Part shown: one piece after another, positions 11,476 to 20,380 of the stretch
How positions within the stretch are numbered: the first letter of the stretch is position 1
How the letters are laid out: each line of letters opens with the position of its first letter
Origin: an uncultured cyanobacterium
GTDB lineage: Bacteria; Cyanobacteriota; Cyanobacteriia; Cyanobacteriales; Cyanobacteriaceae
DNA length: 64,000 nt
Assembly: GCA_963710605.1 (NCBI GenBank)
Contig: CAVQBA010000002.1
Location: 32,001-96,000, forward strand
Direction of reading: 5' to 3'
Made by a program: the position numbers and the translations under genes
Notes under the pieces: model-generated
Databases searched by the model: none
Seen by the model: the letters and a program-made list of their open reading frames with translations, nothing else
Told to the model about the DNA's origin: nothing

Positions 11476-11639
11476 TATAGTCGTCTAAAAAAAGAATTGA
11501 GACAGTTTTAATAATCGTAAAAATGTGAGTAGCAAATCCGATGAGCAATTATCATTACAAGGCTAACAAAATCCGTTTAATAAATTAAACTCTAATTTAC
11601 CAGCACCAAGTTGTCTCATTTTTATCTGAAATAACTATA
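11476..11639 (-). mobile_element. MITE family A copy 2 (reverse orientation)
   Basis: TATAGT...ACTATA ends; contains CAAGGCTAA..CCGTTTAATAAATTAAACT, the reverse complement of the family core. Confidence 0.75.
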
Positions 11640-11699
11640 ATTGTAATCAAGAATCTATACTTCTAAATTTACTTCAAGAAAAACTAAGTTTAATCTCTG

Positions 11700-13289
11700 A
11701 TGACTGATAAATTATCGCTCCGAGAAAAAATAGGACAATTAATAGTTGTTCGTACTACAGGTTATCTTTTTGATCATCAAATTCGTTATCCTGCATGGGA
11801 AGCAAATCAAACTCAATTACAAAGATGGCTGAGTGAGTTAAATATTGGTGGTGTGATACTTTTAGGTGGTAGTTGTGCGGAGATTGCTTATCGCACTCAG
11901 CAGTTACAATCATGGGCGAAAACACCTTTATTTGTTTCGGCGGATATCGAGGAAGGTGTTGGGCAGAGATTTACAGGGGCAAGTTGGTTTCCTCCTCCAA
12001 TGGCTTTATCACAAATTGCACAGAATAATTATAGCCTCGCAATTGAATATGCCTATCAAATGGGAAAAATAACCGCCGAGGAAGCTAGTGCGATCGGGAT
12101 TAATTGGATTTTAGCACCTGTAACTGATGTCAACAATAATCCTGATAACCCTGTAATTAATGTCCGTGCTTTTGGTGATAATCCTCAAATTGTTGCTGAT
12201 TTGGCGACTGCTTTTATTCAAGGTTGTCAATCCTTACCGATTCTAACTACAGCTAAACATTTTCCCGGGCATGGCGATACGGCGACAGATTCTCATTTAG
12301 ATTTACCTCGCCTTAGTCATAGTTTGGCTAGATTAAATGAAGTTGAATTACAACCTTTTCAAAAAGTTATTGATGAAGGTGTTGATACTGTCATGACTGC
12401 TCATTTGTTAGTCGAAAGTTTTGATAAGAATAATCCTGCTACTTTATCTTCGGCGATTTTGACTACTCAGTTAAGGGAGAAAATGGGTTTTGATGGCTTG
12501 ATTGTTACTGATGCTTTAATTATGGGTGGTGTGGCTAAATACGCTTCTACTGAAGAAATTGCGGTTAAAGCGATTCTTGCTGGGGCTGATATTTTATTAA
12601 TGCCTGAAAATCCTGAAGTTGCGATCGATTCATTAATTAAAGCGATCGATGATGGTATTATTTCCTCAAGCAGAATTGATCGTAGTTTAGCCCGTATTCA
12701 AACTGCTAAAGAAAAATTATTTACGCATAAAAACGATCGTTCACAACCATTAGCTATTGATGCTATTAGCTCCATATCTTCACAAAAGACTGTTAAAGAA
12801 ATTTTAAACCAAAGTACTATAATTGATGGTAATATACCTCTAAAAACGCAGTCTGAGGGGATAAATTTAGTGGTAGTGGATGATTTACTAGGTTGCGATT
12901 TTCTCGATCGACAAACAGCGGCGATTACTATTCCGACAACTTTTAATTACCAAACGCAAATTATTGAACAAAAAAATCTCTATTTCGCCTCTCAACAGCA
13001 ATCTATTTTATTACAAATCTTTATTCGTGGTAATCCGTTTAAAGGTAGTGCGGGTTTGACACAAAAATTACAATCTTTTTATCAACAACTGGTAAAAGAC
13101 AATACCATTGAGGCATTAGTAATCTATGGTAGTCCTTACGTTCAATCTTGGTTTCGATCGTTTTTACCCGTTGAGACACCTTGGGTATTTAGCTACGGGC
13201 AAATGCCTGAGGCACAAACTATAGTTCATCAAAAGCTATTTGGTTTAGACTCAGATGTACCAGAATTAAACAAAGGAGACTTTTTGTAA
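11700..13289 (+). CDS. nagZ: GH3 beta-N-acetylhexosaminidase / beta-glucosidase
   Basis: KHFPGHGDTATDSH and VTDALIM motifs. Confidence 0.85.
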   Translation: MTDKLSLREKIGQLIVVRTTGYLFDHQIRYPAWEANQTQLQRWLSELNIGGVILLGGSCAEIAYRTQQLQSWAKTPLFVSADIEEGVGQRFTGASWFPPPMALSQIAQNNYSLAIEYAYQMGKITAEEASAIGINWILAPVTDVNNNPDNPVINVRAFGDNPQIVADLATAFIQGCQSLPILTTAKHFPGHGDTATDSHLDLPRLSHSLARLNEVELQPFQKVIDEGVDTVMTAHLLVESFDKNNPATLSSAILTTQLREKMGFDGLIVTDALIMGGVAKYASTEEIAVKAILAGADILLMPENPEVAIDSLIKAIDDGIISSSRIDRSLARIQTAKEKLFTHKNDRSQPLAIDAISSISSQKTVKEILNQSTIIDGNIPLKTQSEGINLVVVDDLLGCDFLDRQTAAITIPTTFNYQTQIIEQKNLYFASQQQSILLQIFIRGNPFKGSAGLTQKLQSFYQQLVKDNTIEALVIYGSPYVQSWFRSFLPVETPWVFSYGQMPEAQTIVHQKLFGLDSDVPELNKGDFL

Positions 13290-13349
13290 TCAATTCTCAA
13301 TTGAGGAATTAGTAACAACCAATCATAACCAAAATTTAACCAGCAAAAA

Positions 13350-13365
13350 TGTATTTTAAGATACA
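13350..13365 (+). promoter_or_regulatory. NtcA-binding site (TGTA-N8-TACA)
   Basis: TGTATTTTAAGATACA is a perfect GTA-N8-TAC, about 80 bp upstream of the DUF4327 gene. Confidence 0.6.
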
Positions 13366-13446
13366 TTAAGTAACTATAAACAAAATTAATAAGTTAGACT
13401 ATAGTAGAAAACTAAGACTCTAAATAATCAATACGGGGTAAAAATA

Positions 13447-13680
13447 ATGGCAACCTTGAATAGAATTGCAACAAATTACTCGATCGATACAATTAAAGAC
13501 GAAGCACGTCACTTAGTAGAAAAAGGCTCTATAAGTCGTCATCAACCAATATACATACTTTGTCAATATATTCCTGCTAGGGAATGGGTTTGTGTTGAAT
13601 GTGAATTAGAAAAATGTGATTTCTTATTAAGAGATCAAATCGGTGATTTAGTTGCCTGTGAAAGTTGGGACAACGATTAA
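13447..13680 (+). CDS. DUF4327 family protein
   Basis: YSIDTIKDEARHLV...RHQPIY.LCQYIPAREW...FLLRD.IGDL...WDND. Confidence 0.88.
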   Translation: MATLNRIATNYSIDTIKDEARHLVEKGSISRHQPIYILCQYIPAREWVCVECELEKCDFLLRDQIGDLVACESWDND

Positions 13681-13772
13681 ACAATGTCAACAGTGAACAG
13701 TGCCAAGAGTGAACAACCATTAACTATATAACGCTTTTCACTGAATAATCTTTAATTATCAATTGTTAATGC

Positions 13773-14837
13773 TCAACTGTCAATGATAATTCGATCGATA
13801 CTTTGAGCTAACCTTTCATTTTGCTCTTCGTGTTTAATTGCTACTCGAAAGTATTTTTCTCCTAACTCAGGAAAACTTAAACAGTCACGAATAAATATCT
13901 GCTCTTGTTGGAGTAGTTTTAATTGTAATTCGGGTACTTTCATCTTACCCTTACTTTCAACTAATAAAAAATTAGTTTGACTAGGAAAAACGTTTAGTTG
14001 TTTGATACTGCTTAGTTGCTCAACTAACTTTTGTTTTGCTTTAGGTAGCCATTGCCAAGTTAATTTTTCAAATTCTGTATCTTGTATAACAGCACTTCCT
14101 GCTATAGAAGCTAAAGTATTAACAGACCAAGGATCTCGCCACTTTTGCCATCGATCGATTCTAGTTTGATGACTCACTCCATAACCAATTCTCAAGCCGG
14201 GTAAACTATAAAACTTAGTTAATGACCTTAAAATAACTAAATTATCATAATCACTAACCATAGCCAACAAACTCTGTTGCTGATTCGGTGGTAAAAAATC
14301 CATAAACGCTTCATCAATTATCACCAAAGCAAATAAACGCAGATAAGGTAATAAAGTCTCTCTATTCCATAACTTACCCGTAGGATTATGAGGATTATTA
14401 ATCAATAAAGCCCATTGATGAGGATGTACGATATCAAAACCTGTTTCTATTGCATTAAGAGGATAAGAAACACTATGGAGATTAAAAGTTGCTAATGCTC
14501 TTTTATAATCAGCAAAACAAGGGGCGGGTAATAAAACACCCTTAAGACTTTTAACTTCCCAAGCCATCCAAGTCAACAATTCAGCCGCACCATTAGCCGG
14601 CAAAATCGATCGAGGATTAAGATTATATTTATCCGCAATTACCTCACGAAATAGAGGATAATTAGGGTTAGGATAATCTTTTAATTGGGATAAACCTTGA
14701 TTAAGGATAGCATCGATCGCACTTTGGGGAGGACCTAAAGGATTGATACTTGCCGAAAAATCGACAATCGCACAAAGAGGGCAGTTGGCAATACTGACTG
14801 CCCAATCTAAATTACCGCCATGAGTTGGTCTTGTCAA
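13773..14837 (-). CDS. cobD: threonine-phosphate decarboxylase
   Basis: HGGN, DFSASINPLG, NPHNPTG, DEAFMDF and SLTKFYSLPGLRIG motifs; probable TTG start at 14837. Confidence 0.9.
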   Translation of the reverse strand: MTRPTHGGNLDWAVSIANCPLCAIVDFSASINPLGPPQSAIDAILNQGLSQLKDYPNPNYPLFREVIADKYNLNPRSILPANGAAELLTWMAWEVKSLKGVLLPAPCFADYKRALATFNLHSVSYPLNAIETGFDIVHPHQWALLINNPHNPTGKLWNRETLLPYLRLFALVIIDEAFMDFLPPNQQQSLLAMVSDYDNLVILRSLTKFYSLPGLRIGYGVSHQTRIDRWQKWRDPWSVNTLASIAGSAVIQDTEFEKLTWQWLPKAKQKLVEQLSSIKQLNVFPSQTNFLLVESKGKMKVPELQLKLLQQEQIFIRDCLSFPELGEKYFRVAIKHEEQNERLAQSIDRIIIDS

Positions 14838-14915
14838 AATAGTTAAAATAGTAACAATTAGGAGCAAAAATCTTCCATTAAAGGAATAATTGATTTCTGC
14901 TCTTTATGGTAATCC

Positions 14916-15200
14916 TTAAGATTTAGGTGGTGCAACTTTTTCTTTGAACAATTTACCCGCTGAAAAAGCAGGTACTTCTGTTGCTGGAATTTGCATTTTT
15001 TCTGCTGTTTTAGGGTTACGCCCCTCTCTAGCTTTTCTATGACGGCGTTCAAATGAACCAAAACCGACCAAAGTTACTTTATCTCCAGATGCAACCGCTT
15101 CCATAATTGATTCAATAGTTGCACTGATTACGGTATCAGCTTGTTTTTTTGTGACTTCAGCTTTAGACGCTACTGCATCTACTAATTCACCCTTATTCAT
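14916..15200 (-). CDS. hup: histone-like DNA-binding protein HU
   Basis: MNKGELV...GFGSF...REGRNPKT...VPAFSAGK. Confidence 0.97.
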   Translation of the reverse strand: MNKGELVDAVASKAEVTKKQADTVISATIESIMEAVASGDKVTLVGFGSFERRHRKAREGRNPKTAEKMQIPATEVPAFSAGKLFKEKVAPPKS

Positions 15201-15621
15201 AAATCGACTTTCCTCTTATTTGATATTTATCGTACCCAAAATAGTATTAATTATTTTAATAGCTGAAATAACCATAAAATAAGTGTTCCACTCTTTTCGG
15301 CACTAGATCTGATATTACATGATTAAACGCTGAAATGTTGAAATATGATAGTTTTTCTCAATTTTTTTACATTTTTTCGTATATTTGTAAAGATGTGTAA
15401 AAAATAAACATCAAAATGTGATCAGAACGAGAGTCTATGTTTACAATTCATAATTAGACTATTTTGTTAGGCAGTTCAAAGTGAGTGTAACAATGTGCGA
15501 TTAATTCTCACTCTAAGCAATTATTACTTTTTTCTCGTTAAAAGGTTAAGGTTACCTATAACAAAATTAAATAATGGTGGAACTCTTTAAAAATAGAATA
15601 GAGTAGTTTCGAGATACGTAA

Positions 15622-15810
15622 ATGAATTTAGAAGCTTGGCAAAAGCAATATTTTAAAAATTAACCAGCTCATATTAGCAAAAGTCTTTGTGCTATTAAAT
15701 ATCTTGGAGAAAGCACAAATCGATAACAGATTCAAAATACTCTCGAACATATTTGTTATTTAGTTACTCAATCATAAAAAAATGGAAAAAGAGTAATCAA
15801 GTTTTTTTAT
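15622..15810 (+). pseudogene. decayed short ORF interrupted by the tnpB element
   Basis: ATG 15622 frame has three in-frame TAA and runs up to the IS left junction; a possible tail (ERIN*) follows 17172. Confidence 0.3.
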
Positions 15811-17172
15811 CAAAAGTGGAGTTTGAGGAGCAATAAAACCCCGCACCTTCAGGTCGGGGATACATGGACTCCTCAAGGTAATTTTAAAGCCCTCGGCGGG
15901 CGGTAAAAAATACTATTACCATTCTGTTAATAGTATGCTATACTTTGACATAAGATTCAAGAAATTAAGAAATGCTCAAAGCGATAAAGTACCGAATTTA
16001 CCCTGATGACTCTCAGAAGACTTTGTTGAATAAGTCTTTCGGATGTTGTCGTTGGTACTTTAACTACGCATTGGGGAGAACGAATGAAACGTACAAGGAG
16101 ACTGGAAAAGGTTTAAGTAGAAATACAATCATCAAGCTATTGCCAGTTTTAAAGAAAGAACATGAATGGTTAACAGAACCTCCTTCTCAAGCCTTGCAAC
16201 AAGTCGCTTTAGACCTCTCTAGTGCATTTTTGAACTTCTTTGAAGGTAGAGCAAAGTTCCCTCGTTTTAAGAAAAAAGGTAATCGTCAATCTATGCGTTT
16301 GCCTCAAGGATGCAAACTATTAGAAGATACAATCAAACTCCCAAAAATAGGAGAAGTATATTGTAAAATATCTAAACGATTAGAAGGGGAACTTAAATCT
16401 GTCACTGTGAGTAAAGCTCCATCAGACAAATACTATGTTAGTTGTTTGTATGATGATGGTAAATGTTTACCTGAAAAGTCTTCACAAGGCAAGGCGATAG
16501 GTATAGATATGGGTTTAACTCACTATGCAATTACCTCAGAAGGCTCAAAGCATGGTAATCCAAAATACTACCGTAAGTATGAAAATAAGTTGGGTAAACA
16601 ACAAAGACGGTTAAGTAAAAAGGTAAAAGGTTCTAAAAACCGTTACAAAGCAAGAGTCAAGGTTGCTAAGGTTCAAGAAAAAATATCAAGATGTAGAGAA
16701 GATTTCCTCCATAAACTAAGTCGTAAATTAGTGGACGAAAACCAAGTCATTTGTGTGGAGAATCTAGCCGTAAAAAACATGGTGAAAAACCACAAACTAG
16801 CTAAGTCTATTAGTGATGCTAGTTGGGGAATGTTTTGTACTATGTTGAAATACAAGGCAGAATGGGCAGGGAAAACCTACATAGAGGTAGGTAGATTTTA
16901 CCCTAGCTCAAAAACTTGTAATAATTGCTTACATCAAGTGGATAAATTACCTTTAGATATTCGGCAGTGGCAATGTCCTAGTTGTAAAGCAGTTCAGGAC
17001 AGAGATATTAACGCCAGTCGAAACATCAGGGATGAAGGATTACGAATTTTAGGGGTAGGACGTATCCCGATAGCTTCTGGAGAACGAGTAAGACCAAGTA
17101 AAGGCACTGCTTTTGTAAGGCATCATTCTACGAAGGAAGAATCCACTCGCCTTTAGGCAGTGGAGAAGTCAA
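15811..17172 (+). mobile_element. IS200/IS605-family (IS1341-type, tnpB only) element
   Basis: Left: TTTAT|CAAAAG...AAAA-CCCCG..CGGGG-ATAC, IS608-like geometry. Right: AAGAATCCACT..AGTGGAGAAGTCAA ending in TCAA at 17172. No tnpA. Confidence 0.85.
15972..17156 (+). CDS. tnpB: RNA-guided endonuclease TnpB
   Basis: N-terminal HTH (KYRIYP), RuvC D/E/D (GIDMG, VENL, DRDINA) and Zn finger CNNC...CPSC. Confidence 0.95.
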   Translation: MLKAIKYRIYPDDSQKTLLNKSFGCCRWYFNYALGRTNETYKETGKGLSRNTIIKLLPVLKKEHEWLTEPPSQALQQVALDLSSAFLNFFEGRAKFPRFKKKGNRQSMRLPQGCKLLEDTIKLPKIGEVYCKISKRLEGELKSVTVSKAPSDKYYVSCLYDDGKCLPEKSSQGKAIGIDMGLTHYAITSEGSKHGNPKYYRKYENKLGKQQRRLSKKVKGSKNRYKARVKVAKVQEKISRCREDFLHKLSRKLVDENQVICVENLAVKNMVKNHKLAKSISDASWGMFCTMLKYKAEWAGKTYIEVGRFYPSSKTCNNCLHQVDKLPLDIRQWQCPSCKAVQDRDINASRNIRDEGLRILGVGRIPIASGERVRPSKGTAFVRHHSTKEESTRL

Positions 17173-17192
17173 TGAACGTATCAACTAAACAA
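17045..17192 (+). ncRNA. putative TnpB omegaRNA overlapping the tnpB 3' end; guide about 17173-17192
   Basis: Hairpin-rich right end terminating at TCAA; position inferred from established TnpB biology. The 5' boundary is approximate. Confidence 0.65.
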
Positions 17193-18019
17193 TGTCAAAC
17201 ATAGAGTTACCTGAAAATCTAGAAATTTATCGAGAAAAAATAGAAGCAACCATTAAACCTTATCTTCAAATCGAATTAACTCAACAAGATAAGCCCGATT
17301 GGTGGGATAGTAAATTTGGTGGTTTACCTTATTTACCAAAAAATTACGAATATCCTAAAAATAGTCAAGGTGAATATCTTTATCTGTTAGCACAAATTAA
17401 TTTTGCTCAAACACCTGAATTAAAAGATTTTCCCGATCGAGGAATTTTACAGTTTTATATTCTTGCCGATGAGACTTATGGAATGAAATTTCCTGATACT
17501 TTTGAAGAAATGGTTTTACTCAATACTCAACAAGATAATTTTCGAGTAATATACTTTCCTGAAATAAGTTTAAATACAGATGATATATTAACTGATTTTA
17601 GCTTCTTACCAGCAATTAAAGATGATTATTATTATCTTCCCATGAGTGGTTGTTGTGCGATCGATTTTTCCTATCAAACATCTCCTATCAGTATTGTTGA
17701 TTATAACTTTGACTTTTTTCCTAATAATGATTTTTCTAATGAATTTTACAACTCTCTTTACGATTTATATTACGATCGTTTTCCCTGCAACGGTCATAAA
17801 ATAGGAGGCTATCCTAATTTCGTCCAACAAGATCCGCGTTATTCTCTTAAAGAAGATGAAGAAGAACCTTATATTTTACTTTTTCAGATGGATTCTGACT
17901 GGAATGAGATGATTAATATTTTCTGGGGAGATGGTGGTGTTGGTAACTTTTTTATTAAGAAATCTGCTTTGCAAAAATTAGATTTCAGTCAAGTTTTATA
18001 TAACTGGGATTGCGGTTAA
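17192..18019 (+). CDS. YwqG/DUF1963 family protein, copy 1
   Basis: SKFGGLPYLP, LLAQINF, HKIGGYP.F.Q.DPR, WGD.GV.NFFI and YNWDC motifs. Confidence 0.9.
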   Translation: MSNIELPENLEIYREKIEATIKPYLQIELTQQDKPDWWDSKFGGLPYLPKNYEYPKNSQGEYLYLLAQINFAQTPELKDFPDRGILQFYILADETYGMKFPDTFEEMVLLNTQQDNFRVIYFPEISLNTDDILTDFSFLPAIKDDYYYLPMSGCCAIDFSYQTSPISIVDYNFDFFPNNDFSNEFYNSLYDLYYDRFPCNGHKIGGYPNFVQQDPRYSLKEDEEEPYILLFQMDSDWNEMINIFWGDGGVGNFFIKKSALQKLDFSQVLYNWDCG

Positions 18020-18086
18020 AATTTGAAGTTTAATAAAGATAGCGATCGTCATTATCTAAAATTATTTATATTTAACTTGCCAAAAA

Positions 18087-18998
18087 ATGAATCATAAATT
18101 GAATTTAGAGTTACCTGAAAATCTAGAAATTTATCGAGAAAAAATAGAAGCGACTATTAAACCTTATCTTCAAATCGAATTAACTCAACAAGATAAGCCC
18201 GATTGGTGGGATAGTAAATTTGGTGGTTTACCTTATCTACCAAAAAGCTATGAATATCCTAAAAATAGTCAAGGTGAATATCTTTATCTGTTAGCACAAA
18301 TTAATTTTGCTCAAACACCTGAATTAAAAGATTTTCCCGATCGAGGAATTTTACAGTTTTATATTCTTGCCGATGAGACTTATGGGAAAAAATTTCCTAG
18401 TTTAGAATCATTTGAAAATGTCCAACAGAATATTTTACTCATGACTCAACAAGATAAACTTCAGGAATTTTTAGAAAGTTTTGCAAAGGATAATTTGTTT
18501 CGTAATACTCAACAAGATAATTTTCGAGTAATCTATTTTCCTGAAATTAGTTTTAACCTTGATGATATCCTAACTGATTTCAGCTTTTTACCTCCTATAA
18601 AAGACTATTATTTCCCTATCGAAAAAGGATGCTGTGCGATCGACTTTTCCTATCAAATATCTCCAATCGGTTTTCGTGATTATCAATTTAATATTTTTGA
18701 TTCGGATAAACAGGATGAAAATATTGATCAACAGCCTGATGAAGAAACATATAGTAAGTTTTTTCCTTGCAATGGTCATAAAATAGGAGGCTATCCTCAT
18801 TTTACCCAAGACGATCCACGTTATCTCTTAGAAGAAGATGAAGACCCTTATATTTTACTTTTTCAGATGGTTTCTCAGGATAATAAATCGATCTATATAA
18901 TGTGGGGAGATTGCGGTGTTGCTAACTTTTTTATTAAGAAATCTGCTTTAAAACGATTAGATTTTAGTCAAGTTTTATATAACTGGGATTGCGGTTAA
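18087..18998 (+). CDS. YwqG/DUF1963 family protein, copy 2
   Basis: Same motifs; first ~90 aa almost identical to copy 1. Confidence 0.9.
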   Translation: MNHKLNLELPENLEIYREKIEATIKPYLQIELTQQDKPDWWDSKFGGLPYLPKSYEYPKNSQGEYLYLLAQINFAQTPELKDFPDRGILQFYILADETYGKKFPSLESFENVQQNILLMTQQDKLQEFLESFAKDNLFRNTQQDNFRVIYFPEISFNLDDILTDFSFLPPIKDYYFPIEKGCCAIDFSYQISPIGFRDYQFNIFDSDKQDENIDQQPDEETYSKFFPCNGHKIGGYPHFTQDDPRYLLEEDEDPYILLFQMVSQDNKSIYIMWGDCGVANFFIKKSALKRLDFSQVLYNWDCG

Positions 18999-19153
18999 AA
19001 TTTGAAGTTTAATAAAGATAGCGATCGATATTACTACAAAACACATTGTTATTTTTTTTAGGTTTCAACTTTGTAATGTTACTGTTGTTGTTTTAAAAAA
19101 CTGTATTTATTTATTGACGAAATATTATTGATGCTTTTAAGAAAAAAAGTTGA

Positions 19154-19220
19154 AGTTTAATTTATTAAACGGATTCTATTAGCGTAATGGAGATTTATTG
19201 CAAGGTGGGTTAAAAGCTCA
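19154..19220 (+). repeat. degenerate MITE family A core
   Basis: AGTTTAATTTATTAAACGGA..TTAGC..TTGCAAGGTGGGTT; termini not recognisable. Confidence 0.6.
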
Positions 19221-19266
19221 CATTTTTTTGACTATTGTTAAGCATTAGCTCAAAATTCCCAGTTAT

Positions 19267-19647
19267 CTAGCTGACTTGCTCAAAATCTTGACAGTCTTCG
19301 CATGGCCCGGATGGATTAATCGCACATCGTAAAAAAGGCGAACGAGCATTATGAATACAAAGAGGATTACCAAGCATTTTGTCAGGAGGCAGAATAATAC
19401 GATCTAACCTTGCCAGACGAAAGCTACAAGTGCGTCGAGAGCGAATTCTAAAATCTGCTTCTATCAAACAGGCTTTGTCAAAATTACAAGTAACCAAAGT
19501 GGCATTAGCGAAATTCGCACCATGAAGATTTGCACCACTAAAGTCACAACAAAAGAGAATAGTATCTTGAAAATCTGCACCAGTAAGATCTCGATCGCTA
19601 AAGTTATTGAGAATCAAGCGTTCACCACGATAGTTTTTTGAAGACAT
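19267..19647 (-). CDS. pentapeptide repeat protein with C-terminal DUF6464-like Cys motif
   Basis: A(D/N)(F/L) repeats, then GNPLCIHNARSPFLRCAINPSGPCEDC. Confidence 0.75.
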   Translation of the reverse strand: MSSKNYRGERLILNNFSDRDLTGADFQDTILFCCDFSGANLHGANFANATLVTCNFDKACLIEADFRIRSRRTCSFRLARLDRIILPPDKMLGNPLCIHNARSPFLRCAINPSGPCEDCQDFEQVS

Positions 19648-19807
19648 GATTAATCAAATAGTGAATTTGAATCGATCGTAGCATATTTAGTTATAGTTGA
19701 TGTTAGACACAATTGTTGTCTTTTAGTCACAATCTAATTAAGTAAACAGATAGATAAAATATAGATATTTTCATTGCTCATTATTGATTAATTAATTAAA
19801 AAATATC

Positions 19808-20023
19808 ATGAAAACATTTACAGCTATTATCGAAAAAGATTTAGATACACATCTTTATGTTGGATATGTACCAGGTTTTTCAGGAGCACATTCTCAAGGA
19901 GAAACATTAGAAGAATTACAAGAAAATTTAGCTGAAGTAATTGAGATGCTTTTAGAAGATGAAAAATTAGTATTAAAGACACAATTCGTTGGCACTCAGC
20001 AAATTACAATTCCATCATCATGA
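19808..20023 (+). CDS. hicB: HicB family antitoxin
   Basis: YVGYVPGFSGAHSQGETLEELQENLAEVI. Confidence 0.9.
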   Translation: MKTFTAIIEKDLDTHLYVGYVPGFSGAHSQGETLEELQENLAEVIEMLLEDEKLVLKTQFVGTQQITIPSS

Positions 20024-20244
20024 GTAATATTCCTATATTAAAACCAAGAGAAGTCGTCAGGATATTAGAAAATCTCGGATTTGTAGAAGTACGACAAAAA
20101 GGTTCACATAAACAGTTTCGCCATGAAGATGGAAGGGGAACTACAATTCCATTTCACAAAGGGCGTGACATATCACCTCGACTACTGAAGCAGATTGCTA
20201 GTGATATTGGTTTAAGCGTTGAAGAATTGTTGGAATGGCGATAA
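20020..20244 (+). CDS. hicA: HicA family mRNA interferase toxin
   Basis: LENLGFVEVRQKGSHKQF...TTIPFH; ATGA overlap with hicB. Confidence 0.92.
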   Translation: MSNIPILKPREVVRILENLGFVEVRQKGSHKQFRHEDGRGTTIPFHKGRDISPRLLKQIASDIGLSVEELLEWR

Positions 20245-20380
20245 AATCAGAAAGATACGATTAGTTAAATTTAAATATTTGTATTCAAGCAATCGACAAT
20301 TTATATCTTCGATAATCTCTCCTCTCCGATCGTGATAAAATACCTCTGAGAGATTACGCACTTTGCAGAAAAAAAAATAA

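Noticed and set aside
15384-15401. RpaB HLR1-like direct repeat upstream of hup
   Set aside because: One mismatch in very AT-rich DNA; too weak to call without conservation data.
17192-18998. Diversity-generating retroelement TR/VR pair
   Set aside because: Differences are not adenine-specific, include indels, and no reverse transcriptase is present.
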